Origin: Octopus sinensis
Lineage: Eukaryota
NCBI RefSeq assembly: GCF_006345805.1
Contig: NW_021833690.1
Coordinates: 1-55,904, forward strand
Reading direction: 5' to 3'
DNA: 55,904 nt
Part shown: positions 25,174 through 36,427 of the stretch, in pieces
Numbering within the stretch: the first letter of the stretch is position 1
Layout: each line of letters starts with the position of its first letter
Notes under the pieces: model-generated
What the model saw: only the letters and a program-made list of their open reading frames with translations
Databases searched by the model: none
Told to the model about the DNA's origin: nothing
Program-made: the position numbers and the translations under genes

Positions 25174-28100
25174 TAGTTTTATTTTTATAGCGTGCTTTCA
25201 CTTCACTACCGAGCGCAGCTCTGTGTGCCTTGGGTATGTGCTGTGATTTGTTGTGATGCTCTGATGGTTATTGTATGGAAAGTGTTCTGCGTAGGATGTG
25301 TGCAGTGCCTAGTAGTGCAATTTTCTGTATGTTATATGTGTTTGTAAGTCCTGGTGTTTTTGTTATGTATTTGTCTGAATATTTTTTTATCATGCCTAAT
25401 GCACCTACTATGATAGGAATTGTTTCTGTTTTCAGGTTCCACATTCTAGTTATCTCTATTTCCAGGTCTTTGTATTTTGAGAGTTTCTCTCCATTTCTTT
25501 TAGAAACACGTTGTCATCTGCCGGTATTGATACATCAATTAGAAAGCATTTTTTTTCTTCATGATCTCTGACAACTATATCTGGTCTGTTGGCCTTAATT
25601 TCTCTATCTGTGTGTATCGGCATATCCCAGAGTATGGTTGCTTTCTCGTTTTCTGTGACCTTTTCTGGTGTGTGCCTATACCATCTTTTTTCTGTTGTTA
25701 TTCCATAATGTTGGCATAGCTTCCAATGTATGTAGGTTCCAACTCTGTCATGTCTGTGAATATATTCCTTCTTAGCCAGGACTGGGCAGCTAGAGATAAT
25801 ATGATTTATTGTTTCTTGTCCATCTCCACATATTCTGCAGTTACTTGTAATATTTCTTTTCATTACATGTTTTTGGTAATTTCTGGTGGGGAGGCTTTGG
25901 TCTTGTGCTGCAATTAAAAATCCCTCTGTTTCTGCTTTGAGTCCTGAGTTTCTCAACCATTGCTGGGATTTTTCTTTGTCTATTTCTTTTGCGTTTAGTT
26001 TAGTGCAGTATTTACCATGAAGGGGCTTTTCTTGCCATCGTTTTATCATGGATCGTTGCTGTCCTATTTTTAGTTTGGATTTCATTTGTTTATAGCTTTT
26101 GTTGTTTCTTCATCATCTTCTTCTTCTTCTTCTTTGTGTTTATTAGGTGGTATGATTTCTTGTTTGTATTTGTCAGCTTCCTTAAATACTGAGAACAGTT
26201 TTTTTTTTGCTCGTGTTTTGCTGCTATCTGGATCAGTTTTCCTTCCTTCTGAAGTAGGTATTTTTGCAGTCCTATGGTGGTTATTTTATAGTAGTTTTCC
26301 AGCTGTATAAGGCCTCTACCACCTTCTATACGTGTATATATAGTCTTTCTATGTCAAATTTTGGGTGATGCATCCTAGATCCTGTCAGTATTTTTCTTGT
26401 TTTCCTATCTATTTTGGACAGTTCATTTCGTGTCCAGTTAAGGATATTGTAGCTGTAACTAATAACTGGGACAGCTAAAGTGTTGATACCTATTATCTTG
26501 TTTTTAGCATTGAGCTCTTTTTTTTAGTATTGATCTAACTTGTCTATAATATTCTTTTTTTATTTTCTCTTTCATTTGTGTGTGTTGTGTCTTATCTAGT
26601 TCATGGATTCCTAAGTATTTGTAAGTTTGGCTTTGGTCTAATTCTTTTATTTATTCATTGGTTTTTATCTAGTGTGATGTTTACTCTTAACTAGTTTTCC
26701 TCTTTTCATGGTTACTTTGGCGCATTTTTCTAATCCAAATTTCATATCTATTTCTTTGGTAAATCCATGAACTGTCTTTAATAGTGTTTCCAGCTGTTTG
26801 TCATTTGCAGCGTATAGTTTTAGGTCATCCATATATAAAAGGTGGCTGATCGTTTTGCCGTAACATTTATATCCGCATCCAGTTCTATTTAGCATATCAG
26901 ATAGAGGTGACAGTGCCAAGCAGAAAAGGAGTGGAGAGAGCGTGTCTCCCTGGAATATTCCTCTTCTAATGGGGATGTCTTTGGTTTTCATGAGTCCCTC
27001 TTTTTGTTGGAGGTGTAGGACTGTTTGCCATTTATTCATAGAGTGCTCTATGAATTTTATGATTGTTGGTGCTACTTTGTTAATGGCTAGTGTTTCGAGG
27101 ATCCATGTGTGGGGGATGCTATCAAACGCCTTTTTGTAGTCAATCCAGGCCATACTGAGGCCTTTCTTCTTTCTGTGTGGCTGTCTTCAGTTACGGCTTT
27201 ATTAATCATTAGTTGATCTTTACAGCCATATGAGCCTTGCGGCATCCTTTCTCGCTCTTCTGGGAACAGTTTGTTTCGTCCAGGTGCTTGTTCAGCCTTT
27301 GCGATATCACTGCAGTAAATGCCTTGAACATAGTAGGGAGGCAGGTTATTGGTCTGTAGTTTTCTGGTTTTGTTGTTTCATTTGATTTGGGAATTAAGAT
27401 GGTTTTCCCCTTCGTGAGCCATTCAGGCATTGTCTCTGGCTCTGCTAGTATGCTGTTAAAGTTTTCAGCCAGCTTTTTGTGCATTCCTGTTAGATATTTC
27501 AACCAGAAGTTGGGGATCTTGTCATGCCCAGGTGCCTTCCAGTTGCTTAGTTTTTGCAGTGCCTGGGTGACCTCTTCAGTTGTTATGGGGGTCCAAAGTT
27601 GTTCAGATGCCGAGTTTGTTATTTTCATACTCCTTTTTTTTGGCTGTTCGTTCGCCGACCATATTTCTCTCCAGAATTCTTCCAATTCTTCTGCCGTTGG
27701 TGCTGCAGTGACTTCTATTTTATTTTTGCCCAGTTCTTGGTAGAACTTTTTGGGGTCGGAGTTGAACTTTTTGTTCTGTTCAAAGAAGCGTTGGCGTTTC
27801 TCGTACCGGCGGATCCTTTGAGCTTTGGCAAGGATATCTTGCTTCAGCTTTTCTTTTATCTCCGGCAAATCTTTTTCTGTGATGTTATATTTGCGGAGCA
27901 TTTTTGTTCTCTTTTTGTTGCTTAGTAGCGTTGCTTGGTTTTTTCTAATTGACAGGTTTTTTTAGTAGCGTTGACAGGTTTTTTCTAATTTTTTAAAATT
28001 TTGTTTTGGATGTTATTTATCCACAGGGTTTGTTTGGGTGGTGGTACTCCTGTTTGGGCGGGTTTGGGTGAGTATCCAGCTTCTTTTTTGGCTGCAGTGG

Positions 28101-29180
28101 CTGCTGCGTATATCAAGTCATTTAGTTCAGTGATATCACTTTTTTTTGTTTCAGTGGCTAGTTCAGTGACGGCTAGGTTTATGTTGTTTATAATTGGTGT
28201 TGTTATTGCGTTTATTTTTATTCTTGGGAGGTATGGTCGGTGGTCCATTTTGGGCTCTGTGGTTTTCAGTTCTTTGATTATTTTATTTTTTATATTATCA
28301 TAATCATTAGGCTCCCCTTCGTTGTTTGCATCGTGTTTGTTGGGAATGTTGCGTTTGTCTTCGTGTTTTACAGTTTCAGTGTTTATATTATTGGGCATTG
28401 TTGTGTGGCTTCTATCTACATTTTCCTGGTGTATTTTTTCTTTTAAATGTTCTATTTCTATTTCTGATATTTTTTTTGGCTTTGAGAATGTATCTTCGTA
28501 CGTTAGCTAATTTATTAGGGTTCATTGCTGTATCCAAGTCTATATCTCTATTATTTTCCTTCCATATTTTATATGTATGTGTTGTTGTATTTTCATTTTG
28601 TGGGTAGAGCATTGCTGTGAAGTATGCGTGTAAGATAGAAATGTATTCCTCACGTGTCCATTTACGTCTTTTGGGTTTTAATTGCGGGACATGAGGTACA
28701 ACGTCCGGCCCATTATTTTGACGGTCGTCATTTTCGTAGGGTACCGGTCCGTTTATTTCTGTTGTCACATTATTTCGCACGTGTAGTTTTTCGTACATTT
28801 TTTGTTGTAGGTTTAATGTACGTACCGCTCGATTGTTATTCTTGGGTTGAATAGTATCGGTGGCATTTAATTTCTTCGTAGTTCCTTTGTACATGGTGTT
28901 TGAGGTCGGGGATGATCGTGTTGTTCCACGCATGTTTACATGTGTTGTGTTAGAGGTGGAGATAATATCGAGTCAAAATACATCATTTCGTTTCGGAAAT
29001 AGTAATAAATTTCAATTAGTATTACTTACTCTCGATATAGTCCAATTCTTTGTTAGTAATCTTTGGCTCCATAGGGTGTCCTTGTTTTCGATGTTTGTGG
29101 ATAGATTTCGGAGCTCTGTATTTTCCTTCTTACATCTTAAACGTCCCCGGTGTCTTCTCTTAAACATCCCCGGTGTCTTT
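25171..29180 (-). mobile_element. R4/Dong-clade non-LTR retrotransposon, near full length, frameshifted, inside (TAA)n
   Basis: N-terminal RRKWTREE; RT motifs NWKAPGHD, YRPITCL, WIDYKKAFDS, GIFQGDTLSPLLF, LLYMDDLK, FGLEKC; CRICGDGQETINHIISSC zinc finger; RPDIV..IDVSIP..KYKDL restriction-like endonuclease; AATAAA shortly before the (AAT)n tail. Confidence 0.95.
25283..28933 (-). pseudogene. R4/Dong single ORF (RT, CCHC, PD-(D/E)XK endonuclease) broken by frameshifts
   Basis: ORF pieces 28412-28933, 27985-28398, 27209-27901, 26665-27153 and 25456-26085 lie in the expected domain order. Confidence 0.9.
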
Positions 29181-29202
29181 ATTATTATTATTATTATTAT
29201 TA

Positions 29203-29238
<36 letters not shown>

Positions 29239-29319
29239 ATTATTATTATTATTATTATTATTATTTTATTATTATTATTTTATTATTATTATTATTATTG
29301 TTATTTATTATTATTATTA

Positions 29320-29373
<54 letters not shown>

Positions 29374-29388
29374 CATTATTATTATTAT

Positions 29389-29875
29389 TGAGTGAGAGAG
29401 CAATATATGCCATCATGACTACCCGATTGATAAGGTTACACCAAGCACATACATCACAACCAGAAATGTGCGACATGGTGATCATATATCAGGACAAACA
29501 GCGCATGACTTTGCAAGTGGGGGTCAAGTTAGAATTTTCTTCAGGTTGAGTAGCCTATCCCGCTCAAAAGATCCCTGAATAAGGTTTGTTTAAGGATGGT
29601 GAACAAAACACCCATGTTTCCAGAGGTGAATTATTCAAACTCCTAAGAATTCCTCTCAGTAGATGCTCGTGATTAGAGATGCACATATCGTCAGCCACCA
29701 AGTGACATGCTCAACTGGTTAAGGTCAAACAAATGACAAGCAAGTCTGTGATATTAAGCAGAATGTTTGCTGTAGCCCATCTTTTATACCAAGACAAAAC
29801 AATGTACATGATAACATTTCCAATCAATTAAGATCAAAAGCCATGAGAACCACTGCCTGGTTCTGTCTTGGGGCA
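29389..29875 (-). mobile_element. Second copy of element C in (TAA)n
   Basis: Shares CATCATGACTACCCG, AGAATTTTCTTCAGGT, GAGGTGAATTATTCAAAC and TGTAGCCCATCTTTTATACCAAGACAAAAC with 24554-25077. Confidence 0.75.
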
Positions 29876-29895
29876 TTATTATTATTATTATTGCT

Positions 29896-30131
29896 GAGAC
29901 CCCCTTCGGTCATGACTGACCATGGGATTACACTTAGAAAGTTACCCTCCCAGGAACAAGTCCAGGCAAGGTTGTTTATGGAAGACCAGCAGTTGCCCAT
30001 GCATACCAGCCTCCCCTCTCCACGCCACCGATGTTATCCAAGGGAAAGGCAAGGGCCGATACAGCTTGGTACCTGTGACGTCGCAACTCATTTCTACAGC
30101 TGAGTTAACTGGAGCAACGTGAAATAAAGTG
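29896..30131 (-). mobile_element. 5'-truncated SINE family D
   Basis: CTTCGGTCATGA.TGACCAT..CCATGCATACCAGCCTCCCC..GATGTTATCCAAG..GACGTCGCAA matches 20857-21202. Confidence 0.8.
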
Positions 30132-30229
30132 ACAACAGGTATTGTTTTAGTATTGAGGTTCCACATTTTGCCATTTATTTCTATTTCAAGATCTTTATGC
30201 TTGCTCAGTTTTTGGTAGGTCTTGCTCAT
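30132..30229 (-). pseudogene. ~100-bp fragment of an R4-type endonuclease domain
   Basis: Translates as SKTYQKLSKHKDLEIEINGKMWNLNTKTIPVV, compare KYKDLEIEITRMWNLKTETIPII in the Dong copy. Confidence 0.7.
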
Positions 30230-30503
30230 TAAAAAGATAGCAAACTAACACAAGAAGTAGGACTCCGACGAATAGAGAGCACTGAATGATCTCAATTCCG
30301 TTTGAAGACATTTCTTTTCACTTCCTCTCTCACCCGTTTACCCAATGAGTCTCCGTCGGTCTTAATGATGAGGAGTCGGCTGTTCAGTCAAATTTATTAC
30401 TTGCTCATTGATTTAGTAACCAAAAGTTTGGGAATTTTTTTAAAATTGAAATTATCATGTCCAAGTACAATTCGATTCAAATATATACAACATATATATT
30501 CAG

Positions 30504-30652
30504 GCATTTAATATATAAACTCTAATTTTCAGACCTATGTTCCAAACTTTTGGCCAAATAATAATATATTGCAAATTAAATGTAGCTTGGAGCATTTAAT
30601 ATAAAAATTCTGATCTTCAGACCTATGTTCCAAACTTTTGGCCACGACTGTA
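30504..30652 (-). mobile_element. Tc1-like TIR end with an internal direct repeat (88-bp period)
   Basis: Reverse complement TA-CAGTCGTGGCCAAAAGTTTGGAACATAGG; TCAGACCTATGTTCCAAACTTTTGGCCA occurs at 30529 and 30617. Confidence 0.6.
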
Positions 30653-30924
30653 AGTTGGCTGTGAAGCGATTTTTTTTTTATTATTCGGCCATGCTGTATA
30701 TGTTCACTTCTGCGGCTAACGCCCTGGAGGAAAGATATAAAGGTCAACGCTGCTATTGATAGATTACTAGACATGAAATGAAGAAGGGCAGAGCCAAAGG
30801 CTGACAAGCACTTCTCGTAAATAATGTGGTATTTTAATGAAACCTTCTAAGGACGGCCCATTGTGTGGCACATCGTGAAAGAACGGGGCTTATCGATTAA
30901 ATAAGCAATAATAAATATTCTTTT

Positions 30925-31264
30925 ATTTCTTTATTTGTTTCGGCCATTTGACTGCAGCCATGCTGGAGCACCGCTTTGAGGGGGTTTTAGTCGAACAAAT
31001 CGACCCCATGGCTTATTTTTTAAGCCTATAACTTATTCTGTCAGTCTCTTTTGTCTCGTGTCTGCTAAGTTATGAGGACGTAAGCACACCATCACCGGTT
31101 GTCAAGCGGTGGTCGGGACAAACACAGACACAAAGACACACACACGTATGTACACATACACGCACATACAACGAGCTTCTTTCAGTTTCCGTCTACCAAA
31201 CTTACTCACAAGTCTTTGGTCAGCTGGAGGCTATAGTAAAAGACACTTGTTCACGATGCCACGC
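30925..31264 (-). mobile_element. SINE family A lacking its head
   Basis: CATTTGACTGCAGCCATGCTGGAGCACCGC..CAAATCGACCCC..CTTCTTTCAGTTTCCGTCTACCAAA..GCCACGC. Confidence 0.8.
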
Positions 31265-31286
31265 ATTATTATTATTATTGTTGTTG

Positions 31287-31323
<37 letters not shown>

Positions 31324-31324
<1 letters not shown>

Positions 31325-31495
31325 CAGTTCACTGCCTGGAATCGAACTCGGAATCTTGGGGTTAGTAACCTACGCTCTTAACCACTACACCATTACAACC
31401 GTTGCAAAATGCAGCAACAAAATTGACGTAGTGGTTAAGAGCGCAGGCTACTAACCCCAAGATTCCGAGTTCGATTTCAGGCAGTGACCTGAATG

Positions 31496-31547
<52 letters not shown>

Positions 31548-31647
31548 CAACAACATCGAAAAATATCTTAGGAACGAGAACTATAGTTCGAAATTTCCCC
31601 AAGACACCTGATGAAGGTTGGCGGATATATCAGCTGAAACGCTGTGT
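31324..31647 (+). mobile_element. Composite element: inverted pair of tRNA-like heads, (TAA)n, spacer and hammerhead motif
   Basis: 31324-31388 is the reverse complement of 31428-31492 (A-box-like TAGTGGTTAAG, B-box GAGTTCGATT.C); hammerhead motif at 31604-31647. Confidence 0.7.
31604..31647 (+). ncRNA. Minimal type I hammerhead ribozyme motif (cleavage triplet GCT, probably mutated)
   Basis: ACAC-CTGATGA-A-GGTTG-(10 nt)-CAGCT-GAAAC-GCT-GTGT; stem I is perfect and stem II pairs with G-U wobbles. Confidence 0.7.
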
Positions 31648-31649
31648 TA

Positions 31650-32151
31650 AAAGTCAACCTCGGCGGAATTTGAACTCAGAACGTAAAGACAAACAAAATA
31701 CCTATTTCTTTACTACTCACAAGGGGCCAAACACAGAGAGGACAAACAAGGACAGACAAACGGAGTAAGTCGATTATATCTACCCCAGTGCGTAACTGGT
31801 ACTTATTTAATCGACCCCGAAAGGATGAAAGGCAAAGTCGACCTCGGCGGAATTTGAACTCAGAACGTCACGGCAGACGAAATACGGCTACGCATTTCGC
31901 TCTGCGTGTTAACGTTTCTTATTTCTTTATTGTCTACAAGGGGCTAAACATAGAGGGTACAAACACGGACAGACAAACGGACTAAGTCGTTTACATCGAC
32001 TCCAGTGAGTAACTGGTACTTAATTTATCGACCCAGAAAGGATGAATGGCAAAGTTGACCTCGGCGGAATTTGAACTCAGAACGTAAAGACAGACGAAAT
32101 ACCACTAAGCATTTTCGCCCGGCGTGCTGACGTTTTTACCAGCTCGCCGCC
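31650..32151 (-). mobile_element. SINE family B trimer
   Basis: AAAGT..ACCTCGGCGGAATTTGAACTCAGAACGT occurs three times (near 31650, 31835, 32051); a single head ends at 32151. Confidence 0.85.
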
Positions 32152-32417
32152 TTGGATTGTAATAATACTTGTAGGTTTAGACTGGTTTCGATGGAAATGT
32201 CCGGCGTTCCTTAGGTTAAAAGCTGGAATAAACCGGCCCAAACAAACACACGCACATATATATATATATATGTGTGTGTATGAGTGTGTATATGTGTGTG
32301 TGAGTGTGTGTGTGTGATGTGTGTGTATGTGTGTGTGTGTGAATGTGTGTGTGTGTATGTATGCATGTATGTATGTATGTATGTATGTATGTATGTATAT
32401 ATGTATGTATATAAAGG

Positions 32418-32579
32418 GTGCAAGTCAGCACCAGCATTGCTAGAAATAAGAGTCAAAACGACGCTATCTCATCTGCTGTATGGATCTTGTCTCCCGTGTC
32501 AGTCAATAGATAAGTGCTTTACCCGTGGCTAAGAGTTGCTTTGATTCTTATTTCTAGCAACGCTGGTGCTGTCTTGCAC
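32418..32579. repeat. ~40-bp inverted repeat (MITE-like hairpin)
   Basis: GTGCAAGTCAGCACCAGCATTGCTAGAAATAAGAGTCAAA versus TTTGATTCTTATTTCTAGCAACGCTGGTGCTGTCTTGCAC. Confidence 0.75.
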
Positions 32580-32645
32580 TTTTAGCCACTTTGCTGACGA
32601 TTGTACTTTTGGTTGTAAATTTTAATAGCCACTTTACTAATTTAC

Positions 32646-32685
<40 letters not shown>

Positions 32686-32988
32686 TTATTTGTTTCCATG
32701 TAACCATGCTGGGGTACCACCGTTGGTGCTATTTGTAATTTATTTCATTTAATTTCTACGGTTTCCTCTCTCTGTTTTCTTTTGGCGAGCGACAGAGTTG
32801 GGCAACGTCATCTTTGTTGACTCACTTTTGCCGTGATGTGGGTTCACATATCTCAAATAGAAATTCGTTTATTTTTTAAATACATTCACATCTGCTCTTC
32901 TTAAATCTTCGAGTTTTTCTATGTTACTGGAATGTTGTGGGCCCTTAATCCCACCCCTAAGCTGTTAGAGTAACATAGAAAACACGAA

Positions 32989-33290
32989 GATCTAGTGGTT
33001 AGGGCAGCGGACTCGCGGTCGGAGGATCGCGGTTTCGATTCCCAGACCGGGCGTTGTGTGTGTTTATTGAGCGAAAACACTTAAAGCTCCACGAGGCTCT
33101 GGCACGGGGGTAGTGGCGACCCCTGTTGCACTCTTTCGCTCTAACTTTCTCTCACTCTTTCTTCCTGTTTCTTGGGCAACGCTGCGATCGACTGACGTCC
33201 CGTCCAGCTGGGGGGTGGGGGACTCATACGCCACAGAAACCAGGAAACCGAGCCCATGAGCCTGGCTAGTCTTGAAAAGGGCGCATAATA
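32989..33290 (+). mobile_element. tRNA-derived SINE with a V-domain-like body (family E)
   Basis: Head GATCTAGTGGTTAGGGCAGCGGACTCGCGG..GGTTTCGATTCC; body GCGATCGACTG.CGTCCCGTCCAG resembles the V-SINE domain (from memory). Confidence 0.65.
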
Positions 33291-33976
33291 ATATATACAT
33301 ATATACCAAATACACACAGAAACTTAGTTAACCTTCATATTGGTCAAAAGGGATAAGCACCCCTCTGTTGTGCATCCATTAATGTTATATTACCTGAAAA
33401 AATGAATCCATAAAGATGATCAATCCGATGCCCACGGATCCTAGGGACTACACTGGAACTGTCCTAGGAATACAGACTGCGATCTTAAGAGACATGTGGA
33501 TAGTGGAAACGCGCGTAGCGATGCATTAAATGTTTTATAAGTTCCATCCAAGGATTATCGTTATTATTATGATATTTATCCTACATTATATTGTCACAGC
33601 TCGACGCAAATCCCAAAATTGGTTCACCAGTCAGCTTTATTAGACTGTGGCGAGCATAATGTAATAGGAGCTTTATTTGTATATTCAAAACGTTTTCCAA
33701 GGGGTATATCTCAACATTATGTGGGATAAACAAAGGAAACCAGAGCGTTTCTGGTAACATTTTGTTGTTTTATAATTTTACTTTGTTCTTTTCACACGGC
33801 TCTTCTTACTTTCTTCTTGCTTTCTCTTCCAACCCTGTCTCTCTATCTTTTGGTACCTTTCTGTCTTTCTTTGCACACACGCACGCGCATACACACGCGC
33901 ACACACGTAAACACACACAGATACACGTATACATACACACACCTATATATATATACATATACATACATACATAATA

Positions 33977-34022
<46 letters not shown>

Positions 34023-34124
34023 AACATACATATAAATATGCACGTACGTATATGTATATATATAAACACACATACATACATTATATATATGGGTGTATAC
34101 ACATACATATAAATATGTATGTAC

Positions 34125-34169
<45 letters not shown>

Positions 34170-34540
34170 TATATATATATATTATATAAATATATAACAC
34201 AGCTACATACATATAAACATACATACATATATATATATTCTATTTGATATTTACCTTACTTGCATTTTATGAAGTGCCAACCGCGAAAATCGCCCCAGAA
34301 AAATAAGCAATGAATAAATAAGTAAATTAAATAAATAAATGAGAACTAAGGTGCAAAAAAAAAAGGTAAATAGAAAGAAAAGACAAATAGAAACAAGGTA
34401 AGTAAACTAGACATATACAAAGAAAAGACATCTGCGAGATGCGTTTGTAGAAATAAATATAAATAATTACGTAAGTCGAAAATAGATTAATGAATACATG
34501 CGTAGATAAGGAGGTTGCTTATAGGAGTGGCAGGAGGGGA

Positions 34541-34915
34541 AAGCGAGGAAGAAAAGAAGAAGAAGAAGAAGAAGAAGAAGAAGAATAAGAAGAAGAAGAA
34601 GAAAGAAAGAAGAAGAGGAAGAAAAGATGATGATGATGATGATGGAGGAGGAGGAGGAGGGGAGGGAAGGAGAAGAAGAAAAAGAAGATGATGAAGATGA
34701 TGATAGAGAAGGAGGAGAGGAGGTGAAGGAAAAGAAGAAAAAGAAGAAAAAGACGATGATGATGATAGAGAAGAAGCGGAGGAGGAGGAGGAGGAGGAGA
34801 AGAAGAAGAAGAAGAAGAAGAAGAGAAGAAGAAGAAGAAGAAGAAGAAAAGATGTTGATGAGGATGATAGAGGAGAGGAGGAGAAGAAGAAGAAGAAGAA
34901 GAAGAAGAAGAAGAA

Positions 34916-34951
<36 letters not shown>

Positions 34952-35125
34952 TGAGTAGGAGGAGGAGGGGGAAGAGGCAAAGAAGGAGGAGGAGGAGGAG
35001 GAGAGGAAGAAGAAGAAGAAGAAGAAGAAGAAGAAGAAGAAAAAGAAGAAGAAGAAAAAGAAGAAGAAGAAAAAGAAGAAGAAGAAAAAGAAGAAGAAGA
35101 AGAAGAAGAAGAAGAAGAAGAATGG
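34541..35125 (+). repeat. ~580-bp purine-rich compound microsatellite (GAA/GGA/GAT)n
   Basis: Direct reading. Confidence 0.95.
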
Positions 35126-35911
35126 AGATGGGGAAAAGCGCAATGATACACCTTAATACAGTTGAATAAATGAATGAATGATTTTTGAAGTGTTCGCCGC
35201 GGGTACCCGTCTTACGAATACCCCACCTCACCCCTCGTGTACACCCCACTCCACTGCGCCCCCCCCCACCAAACACACACACACACACAAACAGATACAG
35301 AGCAACCTACACAAGCCCGCTTACATTCATGAATACTCACAGACACATAAGAACACACACACAATCGTTCACCCGAAATCTAGATTATTAAAATGAGAGA
35401 ACTACAGTTTGAAGAATATTCATGAAAGACAATTAACTCCCTTTAATATAATTACGTTATTTCGCCTTTCATTTCATGTTGACGCAATAATAACCGCAAC
35501 TATTTCCAGTTGTTTAGGAGAGGAGATATACGAAGAAAGAGAGAGGGAAAGGGAGAAAGAGAAAGAGTGAAAGAAAGAGAAATAGATAGACACACAGACA
35601 GACTGAGTGGTTGTGTGCTGTGAATTGTTTGAGAACCATAGAAATGGTATGGGCAATATGGCGGTCTGTTTTTTGGTGTTTGTTTTTGCTTTGTTCAAGC
35701 ACAAACAAAGAAAGAAGAATAAGTGGGAAAATGATTACGAAAAGATGTGTTAGATAGAGTCTGCGTTCGGTTTTCTAGATAAGCTGTTTTTCTTGCATAT
35801 ACATGTGTGCGCATGCATACACACACACACTCACACACATATGTGTATGTGTGTGCGTGTGTATGTACATGTATTTAGGCATACGTTTGTATCTATGTGT
35901 TTGCCTATATA

Positions 35912-35997
<86 letters not shown>

Positions 35998-36004
35998 TAT
36001 ATAC

Positions 36005-36427
36005 ACTCTTTACGCTTTTACTCTTTTACTTGTTTCAGTCATTTGACTGTGGCCATGCTGGAGCACCGCCTTTAGTCGAGCAAATCGACCCCAGGACTTA
36101 TTCTTTGTAAGCCTAGTACTTACTCTATCGGGCTCTTTTGCCGAACCGCTAAGTTACGGGGACGTAATCACACCAGCATCGGTTTTCAAGCGATGTTGGG
36201 GGGGGGGGACAAACACAGACACACAAACATATACACACACATATACATATACATATATATACATATATACGACGGGCTTCTTTCAGATTTCGTCTACCAA
36301 ATCCACTCACAAGGCTTTGGTCTGCCCGAGGCTATAGTAGAAGACACTTGCCCAAGGTGCCACGCAATGGGACTGAACCCGGAACCATGTGGTTCGTAAG
36401 CAAGTTACTTACCATACAGCCACTCCT
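36005..36427 (-). mobile_element. SINE family A, full length
   Basis: Co-linear with 8190-8576, from the tail to ACAGCCACTCCT. Confidence 0.9.

Noticed and set aside
31428-31492. tRNA genes here and at 21130-21202 and 32989-33055
   Set aside because: A and B boxes are present, but acceptor and anticodon stems do not pair and the sequences continue into SINE bodies.
31650-32151. CRISPR-like regularly spaced repeats
   Set aside because: The intervening sequences are themselves repeated SINE body, the context is eukaryotic and there are no cas genes.
32176-32217. Minus-strand hammerhead-like CTAAGGA...GAAACCAGTC
   Set aside because: Core is mutated and stem I is not complementary.
34467-35288. 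200-270 aa poly-L/F/S and poly-R/E ORFs
   Set aside because: Pure (GAA/GGA/GAT)n microsatellite.
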